Below are positions 62,658 through 64,000 of a DNA stretch of 64,000 nt, piece by piece (the stretch's first letter is position 1; every line of letters starts with the position of its first letter). A program made the position numbers and the translations under genes. Below the pieces are notes generated by a model that worked only from the letters and a program-made list of their open reading frames with translations, searched no databases and was not told the DNA's origin. The stretch is from Escherichia phage ph0011: sequence record OP557969.1, one strand, 5' to 3'.

Positions 62658-62918
62658 ATGACAAAAGTAGTTCGTAAACGCCACATGATGAATATGGATG
62701 AATTTCGTACATTTGACAAATATCGTACTATGTTTCGTATGCTGTCACAGGGTCGCCCAATCGTCATTGTAACAGAGAATTACATGTCACCTGAGATTAT
62801 GTTTGGTAATTACGAAAAGGTCTTCATGTTGTACGTGAAGCGTGGATTGCTTACAATCAAGACATTAGCTGAAGCAACTGATGATGATATGGATGGAGAT
62901 AATACCTTTACCATGTGA
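62658..62918 (+). CDS. Hypothetical protein (86 aa)
   Basis: ORF. Confidence 0.45.
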   Translation: MTKVVRKRHMMNMDEFRTFDKYRTMFRMLSQGRPIVIVTENYMSPEIMFGNYEKVFMLYVKRGLLTIKTLAEATDDDMDGDNTFTM

Positions 62919-62996
62919 GGAAATATATGTCTGAAAAACCAAAAGAACCTTTAGATCGTGATGATGATTTTTATGACGAACGATATGGAGATGATA

Positions 62997-63248
62997 ATGA
63001 GTAAAAATAGTGCGGTGCTTAAAAAGATTTTAAAGGAAATTGATGGTGAATTTAATGTCACAGAAGAAGAATATCAGCATTGGAAGAAAGATTTCGAACA
63101 ACTAACCGAGTATGATAAAGTGTTCAATATGATTGGCGTAATTAGCCAGTACTTACTTGGTGGAGGACGTGCAAGTGCTTCAATTCTGGCATCTGCAATC
63201 ATCTGCACATCACGATGGTGTGATGAAAAAAGTTTGGAAGATTTCTAA
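62997..63248 (+). CDS. Hypothetical protein
   Basis: ATG at 62997 preceded by GGAG; the track's 62958 start runs through Met-rich upstream codons. Confidence 0.45.
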   Translation: MSKNSAVLKKILKEIDGEFNVTEEEYQHWKKDFEQLTEYDKVFNMIGVISQYLLGGGRASASILASAIICTSRWCDEKSLEDF

Positions 63249-63254
63249 ATAAGA

Positions 63255-63263
63255 TGCTATAAT
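63255..63263 (+). promoter_or_regulatory. Extended -10 element TGcTATAAT upstream of the methyltransferase gene
   Basis: gatgctataat at 63253-63263. Confidence 0.35.
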
Positions 63264-63300
63264 ATATCAGAGTACCTTAACAATATAAAAAGGATTTTAT

Positions 63301-64000
63301 ATGAAACCTATCCGAGTACTATCTCTTTTTAATGGAATGAGTGTAGGATACATGGCATTAAAAGATGCTGGTATCCCTGTTGAAAAATATTATTCATCCG
63401 AAATTGACAAATTTGCTATAGCTGAATCCCAAGCTAACTTCCCCGATATAATCCAATTGGGTGATGTAACTAAGTGGAGAGAATGGGATATTGAATGGGA
63501 CAAGATAGATCTACTGATGGGTGGTTTTCCATGCTTCCCAGCAGGAACTATGATAATGACAAATAAAGGTCATAAAGATATAAAAGATATAAAAATTGGT
63601 GATATGGTTCTTACACACACTGGACAGTACCAAAAAGTATTGAGTACTGGTGTTAAAAAGGCTCCCACTCGTATTATTACGGGTCAAGGTCACCTTCCAA
63701 TTGAATGTACCGATAATCATCCATTTTGGAGTAGGGAACGTCTAGCCAATAAATGGAATAATCAACGCCGAAGATATGATTCTGTGTTTTCTGAACCGCA
63801 ATGGGTAAATGCTATAGATCTTACTAAACAAAGTTATATTTGTAATGTTAAAAATATTACACATAATACTGTAAGTGATAAAGATGAAAAATATTGGTAT
63901 TTTGTTGGTCGTTTTATGGGTGATGGATGTGCTAGTGTATCTAATAACAAATACAGTATTACTATTGTAGATTCATTAGATAAAGTTGATGAATTGAAAA
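63301..64000 (+). CDS. DNA (cytosine-5) methyltransferase, N-terminal part, interrupted by an intein; 3'-truncated at window edge
   Basis: Motif I region VLSLFNGMSVGYMAL and motif IV GGFP-C parallel M.HhaI (FIDLFAGLGG ... ILCAGFPCQ); frame open to nt 64000. Confidence 0.6.
   Translation, partial: MKPIRVLSLFNGMSVGYMALKDAGIPVEKYYSSEIDKFAIAESQANFPDIIQLGDVTKWREWDIEWDKIDLLMGGFPCFPAGTMIMTNKGHKDIKDIKIGDMVLTHTGQYQKVLSTGVKKAPTRIITGQGHLPIECTDNHPFWSRERLANKWNNQRRRYDSVFSEPQWVNAIDLTKQSYICNVKNITHNTVSDKDEKYWYFVGRFMGDGCASVSNNKYSITIVDSLDKVDELK
63532..64000 (+). mobile_element. Intein N-terminal part with LAGLIDADG motif inserted at the methyltransferase Pro-Cys motif; continues beyond the window
   Basis: Begins CFPAGTMIMTNKGHKDIKDIKIGDMVL (intein block A-like); LAGLIDADG-like FVGRFMGDGC near 63900. 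Confidence 0.6.

Noticed and set aside
62926-63003. 25-aa acidic mini-ORF (MSEKPKEPLDRDDDFYDERYGDDNE)
   Set aside because: Too short to support from sequence alone; it overlaps the likely start region of the next gene.

Overview
AT-rich window (roughly one-third GC by eye), almost entirely plus-strand, densely packed genes with short gaps and frequent stop/start overlaps (ATGA, TGATG). The content is that of a T4-like (Tevenvirinae-type) lytic phage DNA-metabolism and replication region, but the gene order is not T4-syntenic. Recognisable genes: terminase large subunit (5'-truncated), gp32-like SSB, UvsX, a DnaQ-like exonuclease, UvsW-like helicase, gp61-like primase, gp41-like helicase, NrdA/NrdB, DHFR, RNase HI, Dda-like helicase, topoisomerase II subunits, GroES/gp31-like co-chaperonin, gp44-like clamp loader, DexA-like exonuclease, and the start of a C5-cytosine methyltransferase. 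Most notable: (1) three LAGLIDADG-type inteins, each interrupting a catalytic motif (terminase and UvsW between GK and T of Walker A; the methyltransferase at the Pro-Cys catalytic motif); (2) adjacent phage-encoded homologs of translation initiation factor IF3 and the ClpS adaptor; (3) a tandem array of at least six paralogous small genes sharing a C-terminal FQxSL motif; (4) the only minus-strand island, holding two paralogous membrane-anchored proteins, one split by a frameshift; (5) a free-standing homing-endonuclease-like gene with tandem KYGVE repeats; (6) a recurring promoter-like motif GACA-N16-TGnTAYAAT. No tRNA, rRNA or CRISPR array was seen. All calls come from reading the translations and sequence by eye; no database search was run.
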